From NCBI GenBank assembly GCA_007132905.1, contig SLNR01000033.1, positions 1-62,982 on the forward strand: a stretch of DNA of 62,982 nucleotides, read 5' to 3'. Origin of the DNA: Candidatus Sumerlaeota bacterium. Lineage in GTDB: Bacteria; Bacillota; SLNR01. Below, one piece after another: positions 37,294-48,582 of the stretch. Below the pieces are notes generated by a model. That model was not told where the DNA came from. It ran no database searches and was given only the letters and a program-made list of their open reading frames with translations. A program made the position numbers and the translations under genes. Every line of letters starts with the position of its first letter. Positions within the stretch are counted from its first letter, which is position 1.

Positions 37294-37545
37294 TATAGCA
37301 AGTGATTTAAAGAATAGTTCACTGCGCCATTCTTATAATAAATCTAGTAAAAGTCTACCAAAGGATTTTAAGCACAGCGTGCTGCTGGAAAATCTTTAGG
37401 AACTAGACAACAAGGTTAGTTTTTTTCACGTTAGCGCAGAAAGTCATTTTTTCAATATTCAGTCTCTTAAAAAAAACTTTCTGGGCCGGAGGCTATAGAG
37501 TAGAAATTTTCTACCGGGCTCATATTCAAAGAAAGGATGATGTAG

Positions 37546-38304
37546 ATGTTTTCTGATCGACGTGTGGAGATTTTCATCGGAGCATTTGGAAGCGGAAAAA
37601 CAGAGATCGCCATTAACTATGCTTTGGCTTTGAGACAAGCGAATCAAGAAGTCATTTTTTCGGATTTAGATGTAGTAACCCCTTATTTCCGATCGCGGGA
37701 GGCAAGGGCTGAGCTTGAAGAACAGGGCATTGAAGTGGTTGCCCCGCCTTCTGGGTCTGATAGCCCGGCTGTTCCAGCCGGTGTGCTAAGGGCAATTCAA
37801 GATTCCGGCACAAAGAAAGTGGTATTGGATGTAGGAGGAGACAAGTTGGGGGCCATTGCTTTGGGTCAATACCAACCGATTCTCGCAGAAGACACGTACG
37901 CATTTAACTTTGTAATCAACACCAAGCGTCCTTTTACTAGTACAGAAGAAGGAATCAAGAATACTGTAAGCGAAATAGAAAGAGCGTCCCGTATGAAAGC
38001 TACTGCGTTTATCAACAACACGAATCTTGGACCTGAAACGACTCTAGATGATGTCAGAGAAGGGGAAGAGATCATCCGCAAAGTGAGCAGCTCCCTTGAC
38101 TTGCCGATTCGATTTACAGCAGTTACAGATTCAATCGCAGATGAAATAAAACCTGGGGATTTCGATATGCCGGTGTTTCTCTTAGACCTTTTTATGGTTC
38201 CCTCTTGGTTAGACGGCGGATACGATGGGGTTACAAGAACGGGCAACAAGGGAGGAAAATACAAAGCAGCTCTTAAAAAAGACTATTGGTTGAATAATGA
38301 ATAA
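37546..38304 (+). CDS. P-loop ATP-binding protein of the type found upstream of vor operons
   Basis: GAFGSGKTE, DLDVVTPYFRSRE, LDVGGD..GA..LG, N..RPFT. Confidence 0.8.
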   Translation: MFSDRRVEIFIGAFGSGKTEIAINYALALRQANQEVIFSDLDVVTPYFRSREARAELEEQGIEVVAPPSGSDSPAVPAGVLRAIQDSGTKKVVLDVGGDKLGAIALGQYQPILAEDTYAFNFVINTKRPFTSTEEGIKNTVSEIERASRMKATAFINNTNLGPETTLDDVREGEEIIRKVSSSLDLPIRFTAVTDSIADEIKPGDFDMPVFLLDLFMVPSWLDGGYDGVTRTGNKGGKYKAALKKDYWLNNE

Positions 38305-38356
38305 TAGATAAACATTCTCTACTGAGTTTTAAAATTGAAAAGAAAGGAGGATCAAC

Positions 38357-38560
38357 ATGCCGAGACCTGAAATCAATGAGGAAAGGTGCAAGGGGTGTGA
38401 ACTCTGCACCACTGTTTGCCCGGTGGATATCTTGGCCCTGGCTGAGAAGATCAATGCCGCTGGATATCACCCAGCAGAATGCATTGATGAGGAAAAGTGC
38501 ATTGCATGTGGTTTTTGCGCTCAGATGTGCCCCGATAGTTGTATTGAAGTGTATAAGTAA
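38357..38560 (+). CDS. 2x[4Fe-4S] ferredoxin (delta subunit of 2-oxoacid:ferredoxin oxidoreductase)
   Basis: CKGCELCTTVCP and CIACGFCAQMCP. Confidence 0.92.
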   Translation: MPRPEINEERCKGCELCTTVCPVDILALAEKINAAGYHPAECIDEEKCIACGFCAQMCPDSCIEVYK

Positions 38561-38591
38561 TTAATTTACAAAGAAGGGAGAGATTAAAGAG

Positions 38592-39659
38592 ATGGCAGGA
38601 AAAAAAGTCCTTATGAAGGGCAACGAAGCTTGTGCTGAATCAGCTGTTTTGGCTGGCTGTCGTTACTTCTTCGGATATCCGATTACCCCGCAAAACGAGC
38701 TTCCAGAATATTTGTCGAGGCGTATGCCGGAAGTGGGCGGTACTTTCGTCCAGTCAGAAAGCGAATTAGCCGCAATCAACATGGTGTATGGAGCGGCGGC
38801 ATCAGGCAAGAGGGTTATGACTTCTTCCTCTAGTTGCGGAATCAGCTTGAAGTCAGAAGGAATCTCCTATATTGCGGCAGCTGAAGTTCCATGTGTAATA
38901 GTTGACATGTCAAGAAGAGGTCCCGGTATTGGTGGGCTGCAGCCTACACAATCTAGTTACCGCCAAGCAACAAAAGGTGGCGGACACGGAGGGTACCGCT
39001 GCATCGTTCTAGCTCCTTCGTCTGTACAAGAAGCAGCTGATTTGATGCACGACGCTTTTGATTTAGCAGACAAATGGAGGAACCCTGTTTATATCTATGC
39101 AGACGGATTGATTGGCCAGGTTATGGAGCCGCTAGTACTCAAAGATGCGGTGGTTTACGAAGATCTAAAACAGCACCCTTGGGCGACTACAGGCGCTGAA
39201 GGCCGGCCAAGGAACATGGTCAACTCAGGCGTATCGGAAGAGAAGTTTGAATATCTGAACAAGGAAAAATACGCCAACATTGAAGCAGAAGAACAAAGAT
39301 GGGTAGATGAGAATTTAGAAGACGCCGAATATGTTGTTACCGGATTTGGGACCGTCGGTCGTATCACTGCGACCGCAGTGAAGAGGGTTCGGGAGAAAAC
39401 CGGTAAGAAAATTGGTTTTATCCGGCCCATTACAGCCTGGCCTTTCCCGCAAAAGGGATATGACAAGGTTGATGATTCCGTCAAAGGGGTTCTAGTCATC
39501 GAGGCAAATGCCGGGCAGATGGCGGATGACGTGAAAATGGCGATCAACGGTCGCGTCCCGGTTTATTTCGAAGGAACTTACGGCAGCACTATGCCGACCG
39601 TTGATGATGTAGTGGCTATGATTGAAAAACTAGGTACTGGCAAGGAGGTGCTCTACTAA
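38592..39659 (+). CDS. vorB: Vor-type 2-oxoacid:ferredoxin oxidoreductase alpha subunit
   Basis: MKGNEA, FFGYPITPQ, QSESELAA, TKGGGHG, IEANAGQM. Confidence 0.86.
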   Translation: MAGKKVLMKGNEACAESAVLAGCRYFFGYPITPQNELPEYLSRRMPEVGGTFVQSESELAAINMVYGAAASGKRVMTSSSSCGISLKSEGISYIAAAEVPCVIVDMSRRGPGIGGLQPTQSSYRQATKGGGHGGYRCIVLAPSSVQEAADLMHDAFDLADKWRNPVYIYADGLIGQVMEPLVLKDAVVYEDLKQHPWATTGAEGRPRNMVNSGVSEEKFEYLNKEKYANIEAEEQRWVDENLEDAEYVVTGFGTVGRITATAVKRVREKTGKKIGFIRPITAWPFPQKGYDKVDDSVKGVLVIEANAGQMADDVKMAINGRVPVYFEGTYGSTMPTVDDVVAMIEKLGTGKEVLY

Positions 39660-40399
39660 TGGAAAAAGTATATGAAAGATCCAGCACTTTGATGAACATT
39701 CCCATGCACTATTGTCCTGGATGCACTCATGGGAATGCGCATAAACTGATCGCTGAAGTTATTGACGAGATGGACTTGAAAGGGAAGACAATAGGCGTTT
39801 CGGGTATTGGTTGCTCTTTTTTGAGCTATTTTGACATCGATGTTGTCGGAGCTCCCCATGGTCGTCCTCCTGCTACAGCTACGGGTGTTAAGGCGGCCAA
39901 TCCGGATAGTTTTGTATTCACATACCAAGGAGATGGCGACTGCTCCGCGATTGGGATAGCAGAAGCCCTGCACGCAGCCGGAAGGGGAGAAAAATTCACT
40001 ACTTTCATGGTAGCAAATGGTGTTTTTGCCATGACCGGCGGTCAAAAATCCCCTTATACGCTCGTTGGCGACAGAACAACGACCACTCAGGACGGACGTG
40101 ACATTGAGCGCGATGGTCACCCAATGAAAATGGCAGAATTAGTAGCACAAGTTCCCGGCGCTTATTATGTTGCCCGCGGATCTTTGTCAAGCCCGAAAAA
40201 CATTGCTAAGTCAAAAGAATATATCAGGAAAGCAATGAAGTACCAAATGGACGGCAAAGGATATACTTTTGTGGAACTACTCTCCACTTGCCCGACCAAC
40301 TGGGGTATCAGTCCGGTTGAATCGCTTAAAAAAGTGGATGAGGAAATCGAAGCCTACTATCCGCTTGGTGAAATTTTAACTCCAGAGGGGGTGGCCTAA
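39659..40399 (+). CDS. vorA: Vor-type oxidoreductase beta (TPP-binding) subunit
   Basis: HYCPGCTHG, GC, HGR, YQGDGD, MTGGQ, STCPTNW. Confidence 0.86.
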   Translation: MEKVYERSSTLMNIPMHYCPGCTHGNAHKLIAEVIDEMDLKGKTIGVSGIGCSFLSYFDIDVVGAPHGRPPATATGVKAANPDSFVFTYQGDGDCSAIGIAEALHAAGRGEKFTTFMVANGVFAMTGGQKSPYTLVGDRTTTTQDGRDIERDGHPMKMAELVAQVPGAYYVARGSLSSPKNIAKSKEYIRKAMKYQMDGKGYTFVELLSTCPTNWGISPVESLKKVDEEIEAYYPLGEILTPEGVA

Positions 40400-40400
40400 G

Positions 40401-40940
40401 ATGATGGAATTCCAATTGGCAGGATTTGGCGGCCAGGGAATCATGGTTATGGGACAGGTAATGTGCTATGCCGGACTAGAAAGCGAAGGCAAACACGTGT
40501 CCTGGTTCCCTTCTTACGGGGCAGAAATGCGCGGAGGAACGGCCAACTGCGCAGTCGTTATATCCGATGAGGAGATTGGTTCTCCCGTTATCGGCAAGCC
40601 GGATGTGATTGTTGTAATGAACAACCCGTCCCTGTTGAAGTTTGAAAAGGATGTTAAGCCAGGTGGGCATTTATTTGTCAACAGTACGTTGGTGGATAGG
40701 AAACCGACTCGTGATGACATCAATATTATTAACATTCCAGCGAACGAAATTGCCGGTGAACTAGGAAGTGGAAGAGTTGCGAATATGGTCATATTAGGCG
40801 CGCTAGTGGAAAAAACAGGCATAGTTAAGATGGATTCAGTAAAGAAAGCTCTTGAGGCGCATCTGCCGAAGAGACACCATCGTTTACTGCCAATGAACTA
40901 CGATGCGCTTGAAAAAGGTGCTGAGCTGGTTCGAGGATAA
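40401..40940 (+). CDS. 2-oxoacid:ferredoxin oxidoreductase gamma subunit
   Basis: AGFGGQG, PSYGAEMRGGTANC, ANMVILGA. Confidence 0.9.
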   Translation: MMEFQLAGFGGQGIMVMGQVMCYAGLESEGKHVSWFPSYGAEMRGGTANCAVVISDEEIGSPVIGKPDVIVVMNNPSLLKFEKDVKPGGHLFVNSTLVDRKPTRDDINIINIPANEIAGELGSGRVANMVILGALVEKTGIVKMDSVKKALEAHLPKRHHRLLPMNYDALEKGAELVRG

Positions 40941-40969
40941 TTAAATTCTCGACAGTGCAGATGAAAGTC

Positions 40970-41008
40970 AAAATCCATCTAGAGAGAGTCTCTCTCTAGA
41001 TGGATTTT
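40970..41008 (+). terminator. Perfect 18-bp inverted repeat, probable terminator
   Basis: AAAATCCATCTAGAGAGA-gtc-TCTCTCTAGATGGATTTT. Confidence 0.75.
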
Positions 41009-41030
41009 ATATCTTTGGGAGGTTATAAAG

Positions 41031-41543
41031 ATGATCGTATCGGTTGAAGGGAAAAAACCGCAAATTCATGAAGATACATTTATTGCTGAAACAGCAGTGA
41101 TTGCGGGAAACGTTCAAATTGGTGAGGGTGCCAGTGTCTGGTACGGTGCAGTTTTGCGCGGCGATTATGATAACATTACAATCGGAAATAGAAGCAATAT
41201 TCAAGACCAGAGTGTTCTTCATGTAGTTAAGGGAAAACCAGTAATGATCGGAGATGATGTGACGATAGGACATAGTGCCATCCTTCATGGATGCAGAGTT
41301 GGCAGCGGTACTATTGTCGGCATGGGAGCTATCATTTTAGATGGAGCAGTCATAGGAAAAGGCGCTCTCATTGGGGCGGGCTCATTAATTCCTGAGGGAA
41401 AAGAGATTCCTGCGGGGTCATTAGCGCTAGGGTCCCCCGCCAAAGTGATCAAGGAGTTTTCTCGTGAGGAAGCAAGAAAATTTAAAGGCAATGCTTTAAG
41501 TTACGAACAGCTTTGGCGAGAAAAGTACAAGGATAGCAAATAA
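41031..41543 (+). CDS. Gamma carbonic anhydrase family (YrdA/PaaY-like) protein
   Basis: Hexapeptide repeats; LRGD, NIQD..VLH, IGH..ILHGC, GSPAK. Confidence 0.9.
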   Translation: MIVSVEGKKPQIHEDTFIAETAVIAGNVQIGEGASVWYGAVLRGDYDNITIGNRSNIQDQSVLHVVKGKPVMIGDDVTIGHSAILHGCRVGSGTIVGMGAIILDGAVIGKGALIGAGSLIPEGKEIPAGSLALGSPAKVIKEFSREEARKFKGNALSYEQLWREKYKDSK

Positions 41544-41842
41544 GCCGAAAAAAAGCATCTCGTAATATAATAAACGATGCTAAAGGCATGTTAAAATACA
41601 GTTCCTTCTAGCTGCCGAGAGTTTCTTTAATGCTAGCAGCCCTATCTACAGCAATTATCTGTATCCTGTAATTTCTGTGGGTATTTCGATAAAGCTTCTC
41701 ATTAGATGACGCGGAAAAGGCTTTGCTGACTAATGAGTATATTGCTAAACGAAAATGAATTTTCTAAGAGGTGTGATGGTGAGCTGGCTTTATGCGTTAG
41801 GGTTTATTGGTATGGGATCAAAACGGACTAATATTTTTGATA

Positions 41843-41860
41843 TTGTTTTAATGTTAACAA
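41843..41860. promoter_or_regulatory. Possible Rex operator
   Basis: TTGTTTTAATGTTAACAA versus clostridial TTGTTAA-N4-TTAACAA (2 mismatches), upstream of buk-pduL. Confidence 0.35.
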
Positions 41861-42101
41861 CCGTTGTGTGAGTGTTAAATCAAGTTTCATTTTTGATAAG
41901 ATAGTTTATTTAATACTCTAGAGCGAGGAAAACGAAAGTGGTTGCTAATTGAATAGTTAGGGAGGAAATTGCGGGGATACAAAAGAATAGTGTAAGCAGG
42001 GTAAAAGAAGATCGAGAAAAGAGACAAAGATGAATGCAGCAGTCAAGGTTTTTGAAACAGAATGAATTTTCTTGAAGTGTTTTAGGTCTCAAAGCCTATT
42101 C

Positions 42102-42131
42102 TTGACAGTGATTGCGCCGTTATGCTACTAT
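42102..42131 (+). promoter_or_regulatory. SigA promoter of buk-pduL
   Basis: TTGACA-N18-TACTAT with extended TG. Confidence 0.6.
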
Positions 42132-42190
42132 GTCCGTGGTACTGTATTGACGGTTTATTAAATACAATAATACGAGAAGGAGGTTTTTTT

Positions 42191-43273
42191 GTGGGGGACA
42201 AATATCGGATACTTTCAGTAAACCCGGGTTCAACTACGACCAAAGTCGCGTTATATGAAGACGAAGAGCTTATCATGCAGGAAACGATTAACCATTCCAA
42301 CGAAGATCTAGCCCCTTATGAAACGCTGGCCGACCAATTCAGTTTTCGTAAGGACACCATCTTAAAGTTGCTTGAAGAAAAAGGCATTGAGCTTGAAAGT
42401 CTTAAAGCGGTATCTTGTCGCGGAGGCGATCTTGGTCCACTTGACAGCGGTACTTATAAGATCAATTCTGAAATGGTGGAGGTTTCCAAAGCAGCCGGCT
42501 GGCATGCCAGTAATCTAGGTCCTGTAATAGGAGAAGATCTTTCTAAAACGCTTGATATTCCTGCCTTTATCGTTGATCCTTGCTGTGTTGATGAGATGGA
42601 GGATGTGGCTAGGATTTCAGGGTGGCCCGAACTTCCCAGGCGTAGTATTTTTCATCCCTTAAATCAGAAGGCCATTTCGAGAAAAGTAGCCGCCGATATG
42701 GGCACAAATTATGAGGATGTAAATTTTGTGGTGGCTCACATGGGTGGCGGAATTTCCATAGGGGCTCATAAGAAGGGCAAGATTATTGATGTAAATATTG
42801 GCGAGACAGGTTTATTTACTCCTGAGAGAGGCTATCCGCCAGCTTATTCACTGGTTACTTTATGTTTCTCCGGTAACTATACTCAAGAAGAGATCATGAA
42901 AAAGATGATGGGGCAGGGCGGACTGTATGCTTATCTCGGGACGAAAGACGCACGAGAAGTGGAAAAAATGATTGAAGAAGGCAATGAAGAAGCAGAATCA
43001 GTATATAAAGCGATGGCTTATCAAGTGTCAAAAAATATCGGAGCGGTTGCGGCGGCCCTGCAGGGTAAAATCGATGCCGTTGTGTTAACCGGAGGACTGG
43101 CGTATTCTGAAATGTTTACCGGTTGGATTAAAGAATATGTGGAGTACCTTGCTCCGGTGAAAATTCACCCGGGCGAAAAAGAGTTGGAAGCTTTAGCGCT
43201 GGGAGCTTTACGAGTTGTGCGCGGAGAGGAAGAACCGCTGGAATATTCAAAACCAAGCGAGAAAAAAATATAA
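42191..43273 (+). CDS. buk: Butyrate (branched-chain acid) kinase
   Basis: VNPGSTTTK, RGG, HASNLG, VDP..VDE, AHMGGGIS, LTGGLA, PGE.E; GTG behind AAGGAGG. Confidence 0.92.
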   Translation: MGDKYRILSVNPGSTTTKVALYEDEELIMQETINHSNEDLAPYETLADQFSFRKDTILKLLEEKGIELESLKAVSCRGGDLGPLDSGTYKINSEMVEVSKAAGWHASNLGPVIGEDLSKTLDIPAFIVDPCCVDEMEDVARISGWPELPRRSIFHPLNQKAISRKVAADMGTNYEDVNFVVAHMGGGISIGAHKKGKIIDVNIGETGLFTPERGYPPAYSLVTLCFSGNYTQEEIMKKMMGQGGLYAYLGTKDAREVEKMIEEGNEEAESVYKAMAYQVSKNIGAVAAALQGKIDAVVLTGGLAYSEMFTGWIKEYVEYLAPVKIHPGEKELEALALGALRVVRGEEEPLEYSKPSEKKI

Positions 43274-43286
43274 AGGAGGAAAAGAA

Positions 43287-43871
43287 ATGGTAGTGAAGGA
43301 AGCCGTTGTTGGTGTATCTGCAAGACATGCGCATTTGTCACAGGAAGATTTGGAAAAGCTGTTTGGAGAAGGGTACGAGCTTGAACCCCTGAGAGATTTA
43401 TCTTATAAAGGGGTATTTGCAGCTAAGGAAACGGTGTCAATTAAGACAGAAAAAGGTGTAATGGAGAATATTCGCGTTTTGGGTCCTGTCCGAAAGCAAA
43501 CGCAAATTGAACTTGCTAGAACCGACTGCTTTAAGTTAGGGATCAAGCCGCCGGTCAGAGAGTCAGGAAAACTGGCTGATTCTGCGCCGGTTACATTGAT
43601 CGGTCCAAAGGGCGAGATTGAACTTCCTGAAGGAGCCATCATTGCTGCAAGGCATATCCATATTGGTCTGGATACCTTGGAAGAGTGGGGCAAAGAAAGT
43701 GGAGATACCGTAAAAGTTCGTGTTGGAGGGGAAAGAGGCGTTGTTTTTGACAATGTTGTTTTAAGAGGCGCCGGACAAGGTATTCATACTGAGCTGCATC
43801 TTGATACAGATGAAGCAAATGCAGCCCTTTTAAATACCGGCGATAAAGTTGAGGTAATCTTAGAAGGCTAG
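43287..43871 (+). CDS. pduL: PduL-type phosphate acyltransferase without encapsulation peptide
   Basis: GVSARHAHLS, RVLGP.R..TQIE, P.RESG, RHIH, LHLDTDEANAA. Confidence 0.92.
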   Translation: MVVKEAVVGVSARHAHLSQEDLEKLFGEGYELEPLRDLSYKGVFAAKETVSIKTEKGVMENIRVLGPVRKQTQIELARTDCFKLGIKPPVRESGKLADSAPVTLIGPKGEIELPEGAIIAARHIHIGLDTLEEWGKESGDTVKVRVGGERGVVFDNVVLRGAGQGIHTELHLDTDEANAALLNTGDKVEVILEG

Positions 43872-43910
43872 GAAATAAAATCGGGAAAAGGTTTTACGGA
43901 TGCACAATCG

Positions 43911-43952
43911 GAGTCTGACTCGAGAGCAGCATGAGTCAGGCTCTTTACTTTT
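43911..43952 (+). terminator. Intrinsic terminator after pduL
   Basis: GAGTCTGACTC...GAGTCAGGCTC-TTTACTTTT. Confidence 0.75.
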
Positions 43953-44048
43953 TAAGATCTCATGTGGCTTTGGGATCGGTATTTATTTTTAAAAAGCAAT
44001 GAAAAAGGGTGTTTTTTAACAGGAGTACGTTTTTTCTATGATTACCCC

Positions 44049-44077
44049 TTGATTTTTCTTCTTGGTTCTAATATTAT
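44049..44077 (+). promoter_or_regulatory. SigA promoter of groESL
   Basis: TTGATT-N17-TATTAT just upstream of CIRCE. Confidence 0.65.
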
Positions 44078-44087
44078 AGTAGGTAGA

Positions 44088-46113
<2,026 letters not shown>

Positions 46114-46130
46114 GGAAATAGAGAATTTTT

Positions 46131-46165
46131 GAGTAGAGGCGCTTTACCGCCTCTACTCTCTCTTT
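46131..46165 (+). terminator. Intrinsic terminator after groEL
   Basis: GAGTAGAGGCG-ctttac-CGCCTCTACTC-tctcttt. Confidence 0.8.
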
Positions 46166-46167
46166 AT

Positions 46168-46196
46168 TTGACAAGAAAAATCTCCGTTGGTAAAAT
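46168..46196 (+). promoter_or_regulatory. SigA promoter of guaA
   Basis: TTGACA-N17-TAAAAT with extended TG. Confidence 0.8.
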
Positions 46197-46226
46197 TAGT
46201 TGTCATCACAAGGGAGGTGTCGGTCA

Positions 46227-47765
46227 ATGTCTCAAAAAAGAGATACAGTGATCATTCTTGATTTCGGCGGACAATACAGCCAGCTGATTGCGCGTCGGAT
46301 CAGAGAATGCAATGTGTATTGTGAAATTCTTCCCCATTTTGCAAAAGCAGAAGATATTCTCAAGAAGAACCCAAAAGGCATTGTACTGTCCGGAGGACCG
46401 GCTAGTGTCTACAGTGAGGGTGCGCCCCGCTTTGATGAAAGGTTATTGAATAGCAAAGTACCAATATTGGGGATTTGTTATGGTATGCAGCTGATAGCCT
46501 CAATGCAAAAAGGCGAGGTTGCTAAACCTGCCAAAAAGGAATATGGACGGATTCAGCTTGAAGTTACGGATTCGGATGCTCTCTTTAAAAATATTCCCAA
46601 AGAGTTTTTCTGCTGGATGAGCCACGGGGATGCAGTTACCAGGCTCCCTGAAGGTTTTTCGGCGACGGCCAGGACAGAAAATACTCCTATTGCAGCCATG
46701 TCTGATGAAGATCAGCTTCTTTACGGGGTTCAGTTCCATCCCGAGGTTGTTCATACCCAACATGGAACAAAAATTCTGGAGAATTTCTTATACCATATTT
46801 GCGGCTGTCAAGGAGATTGGACCGTGGAAACTTTTGTTGACAAGCAAATCGAAATGATTCGCAAGGCAGTAGGCAGCAAAAAGGTATTGTGTGCCTTAAG
46901 CGGTGGGGTTGATTCTGCGGTAGCGGCTTCTTTGGTTCACCAAGCGGTGGGTGACCAGCTGACATGTGTGTTCGTAAATCATGGTCTATTAAGGAAAGGC
47001 GAACCTGAAGCGGTAGTGAATACCTTCAGAGATACGCACCATATGAATCTTGTTTATGTGGATGCAGTAGATAGGTTCTTGGGCAAGCTGCAGGGAGAAA
47101 CTGATCCTGAGAATAAAAGGAAGATTATTGGTAATGAATTTATTAGGGTCTTCGAGGAAGAAGCAGAGAAACTAGGAAAAATCGATTATTTAGTTCAAGG
47201 TACGATCTATCCTGATATTGTGGAGAGCGGGACAGAAACGGCTGCGACGATTAAGTCTCATCATAATGTCGGTGGGCTGCCAAAAGACCTCGAATTTTCC
47301 TTAGTGGAGCCTCTAAAAGAACTATTTAAGGATGAAGTAAGAAAAGTCGGCAGGGAACTTGGCCTTCCCGACGCCATTGTGGGCCGGCAGCCATTTCCCG
47401 GGCCCGGATTGGGGATTCGAATCATTGGCGAAATAAATAAGGAAAGATTAGACATTTTGCGAGAAGCAGATGCCATTGTCGTAGAAGAAATTCGAAAAGC
47501 GGGGATATACAACGATATTTGGCAGGCTTTTGCCGTCCTGCCTGTATTAAGAAGTGTCGGAGTTATGGGAGATGAAAGAACCTATGCTTATCCAATTATC
47601 CTGCGGGCCGTAACAAGTACAGATGGAATGACGGCAGATTGGTTTCGCTTTCCTCATGAACTGCTGGAAAGAATCAGCAGTAGAGTGGTTAATGAAGTCA
47701 AAGGCGTAAACAGACTTTTGTACGATGTCACTTCGAAGCCTCCCGCCACGATAGAATGGGAGTGA
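46227..47765 (+). CDS. guaA: GMP synthase (glutamine-hydrolysing)
   Basis: [45 protein letters not shown]. Confidence 0.97.
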   Translation: MSQKRDTVIILDFGGQYSQLIARRIRECNVYCEILPHFAKAEDILKKNPKGIVLSGGPASVYSEGAPRFDERLLNSKVPILGICYGMQLIASMQKGEVAKPAKKEYGRIQLEVTDSDALFKNIPKEFFCWMSHGDAVTRLPEGFSATARTENTPIAAMSDEDQLLYGVQFHPEVVHTQHGTKILENFLYHICGCQGDWTVETFVDKQIEMIRKAVGSKKVLCALSGGVDSAVAASLVHQAVGDQLTCVFVNHGLLRKGEPEAVVNTFRDTHHMNLVYVDAVDRFLGKLQGETDPENKRKIIGNEFIRVFEEEAEKLGKIDYLVQGTIYPDIVESGTETAATIKSHHNVGGLPKDLEFSLVEPLKELFKDEVRKVGRELGLPDAIVGRQPFPGPGLGIRIIGEINKERLDILREADAIVVEEIRKAGIYNDIWQAFAVLPVLRSVGVMGDERTYAYPIILRAVTSTDGMTADWFRFPHELLERISSRVVNEVKGVNRLLYDVTSKPPATIEWE

Positions 47766-47779
47766 TCTGAGCATTCCCT

Positions 47780-47809
47780 TCTCCCCGCCAAAGCGGGGGG
47801 ATTTTTTTT
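47780..47809 (+). terminator. Intrinsic terminator after guaA
   Basis: TCTCCCCGC-caaa-GCGGGGGGA-TTTTTTTT. Confidence 0.88.
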
Positions 47810-47903
47810 GATAACAAAGTATTGCCAGTGAGGCTGTATCACGAAGAAGGGAAAAGATAAAGAGGCTAGAAAAAAACAAGGACAGAAGAATTGGAGAATA
47901 GGA

Positions 47904-48521
47904 GTGAAGAAAGTGACTCGAATCATCTTGGTAAGACATGGTGAAACGGACTGGAATAAGCAAGAAAGAATGCAGGGACAGACGGATGTGCCACTAAGTT
48001 CACAGGGGCGACTACAGGCAGATAAAGTAGCGAAACGTCTAAAAGAGGAGCCAATATCAGCTGTATATTCCAGTGATTTATCAAGAGCTTATCATACCGC
48101 GAAAACAATTGCCGATGAGCATCGGCTTTCAGTAACAAAAGATGCGGATTTAAGAGAAGTCGATTTTGGCCTTTGGGAAGGCCTGCATAGAAAGAATGTT
48201 TTGGAAAATTATAAAGAAATGTACCATGCTTGGCTTCACCGCCCTTTTGAAGTTCGTCCTCCTGAAGGAGAAAACTTCAAAGAGGTGCAGGAGCGAGCCC
48301 ACAAAGCCCTTCTTACCATAGCAAAAAGACACGAAAACGAGACGATTGTCATGGTGGCTCATGGGGGTATGATCAAATCCATCATATGCAAATACCTCGA
48401 CGGCGGTTTTTGGGACTATGCGCAGGGAAATACGGCTGTGAACATCGTGGAATACGAAGAGGATCAGCTGGATTTTATCTCACTAAACGATCTTGCACAT
48501 CTAGAAGAGGTTAATGATTGA
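47904..48521 (+). CDS. Histidine phosphatase family (CobC/PspA-like) protein
   Basis: VRHGETDWN, QG..D.PL, SSDL.RA..TA, LRE..FG.WEG, AHGG. Confidence 0.88.
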   Translation: MKKVTRIILVRHGETDWNKQERMQGQTDVPLSSQGRLQADKVAKRLKEEPISAVYSSDLSRAYHTAKTIADEHRLSVTKDADLREVDFGLWEGLHRKNVLENYKEMYHAWLHRPFEVRPPEGENFKEVQERAHKALLTIAKRHENETIVMVAHGGMIKSIICKYLDGGFWDYAQGNTAVNIVEYEEDQLDFISLNDLAHLEEVND

Positions 48522-48582
48522 TGGGCAGCAGAACGATGTGTTATCTTTATTTATGTAAAACTTATCGTTGTTAGGAGGACCT

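Noticed and set aside
40970-41008. MITE or IS end suggested by the perfect 18-bp inverted repeat
   Set aside because: Single copy in the window, 3-nt loop, no target duplication or transposase; position fits a terminator
43287-43871. Bacterial microcompartment locus implied by pduL
   Set aside because: No shell-protein genes in the window and no N-terminal encapsulation peptide
46168-46226. Expected purine riboswitch before guaA
   Set aside because: Only about 30 nt between the -10 and the ATG, and no aptamer motif
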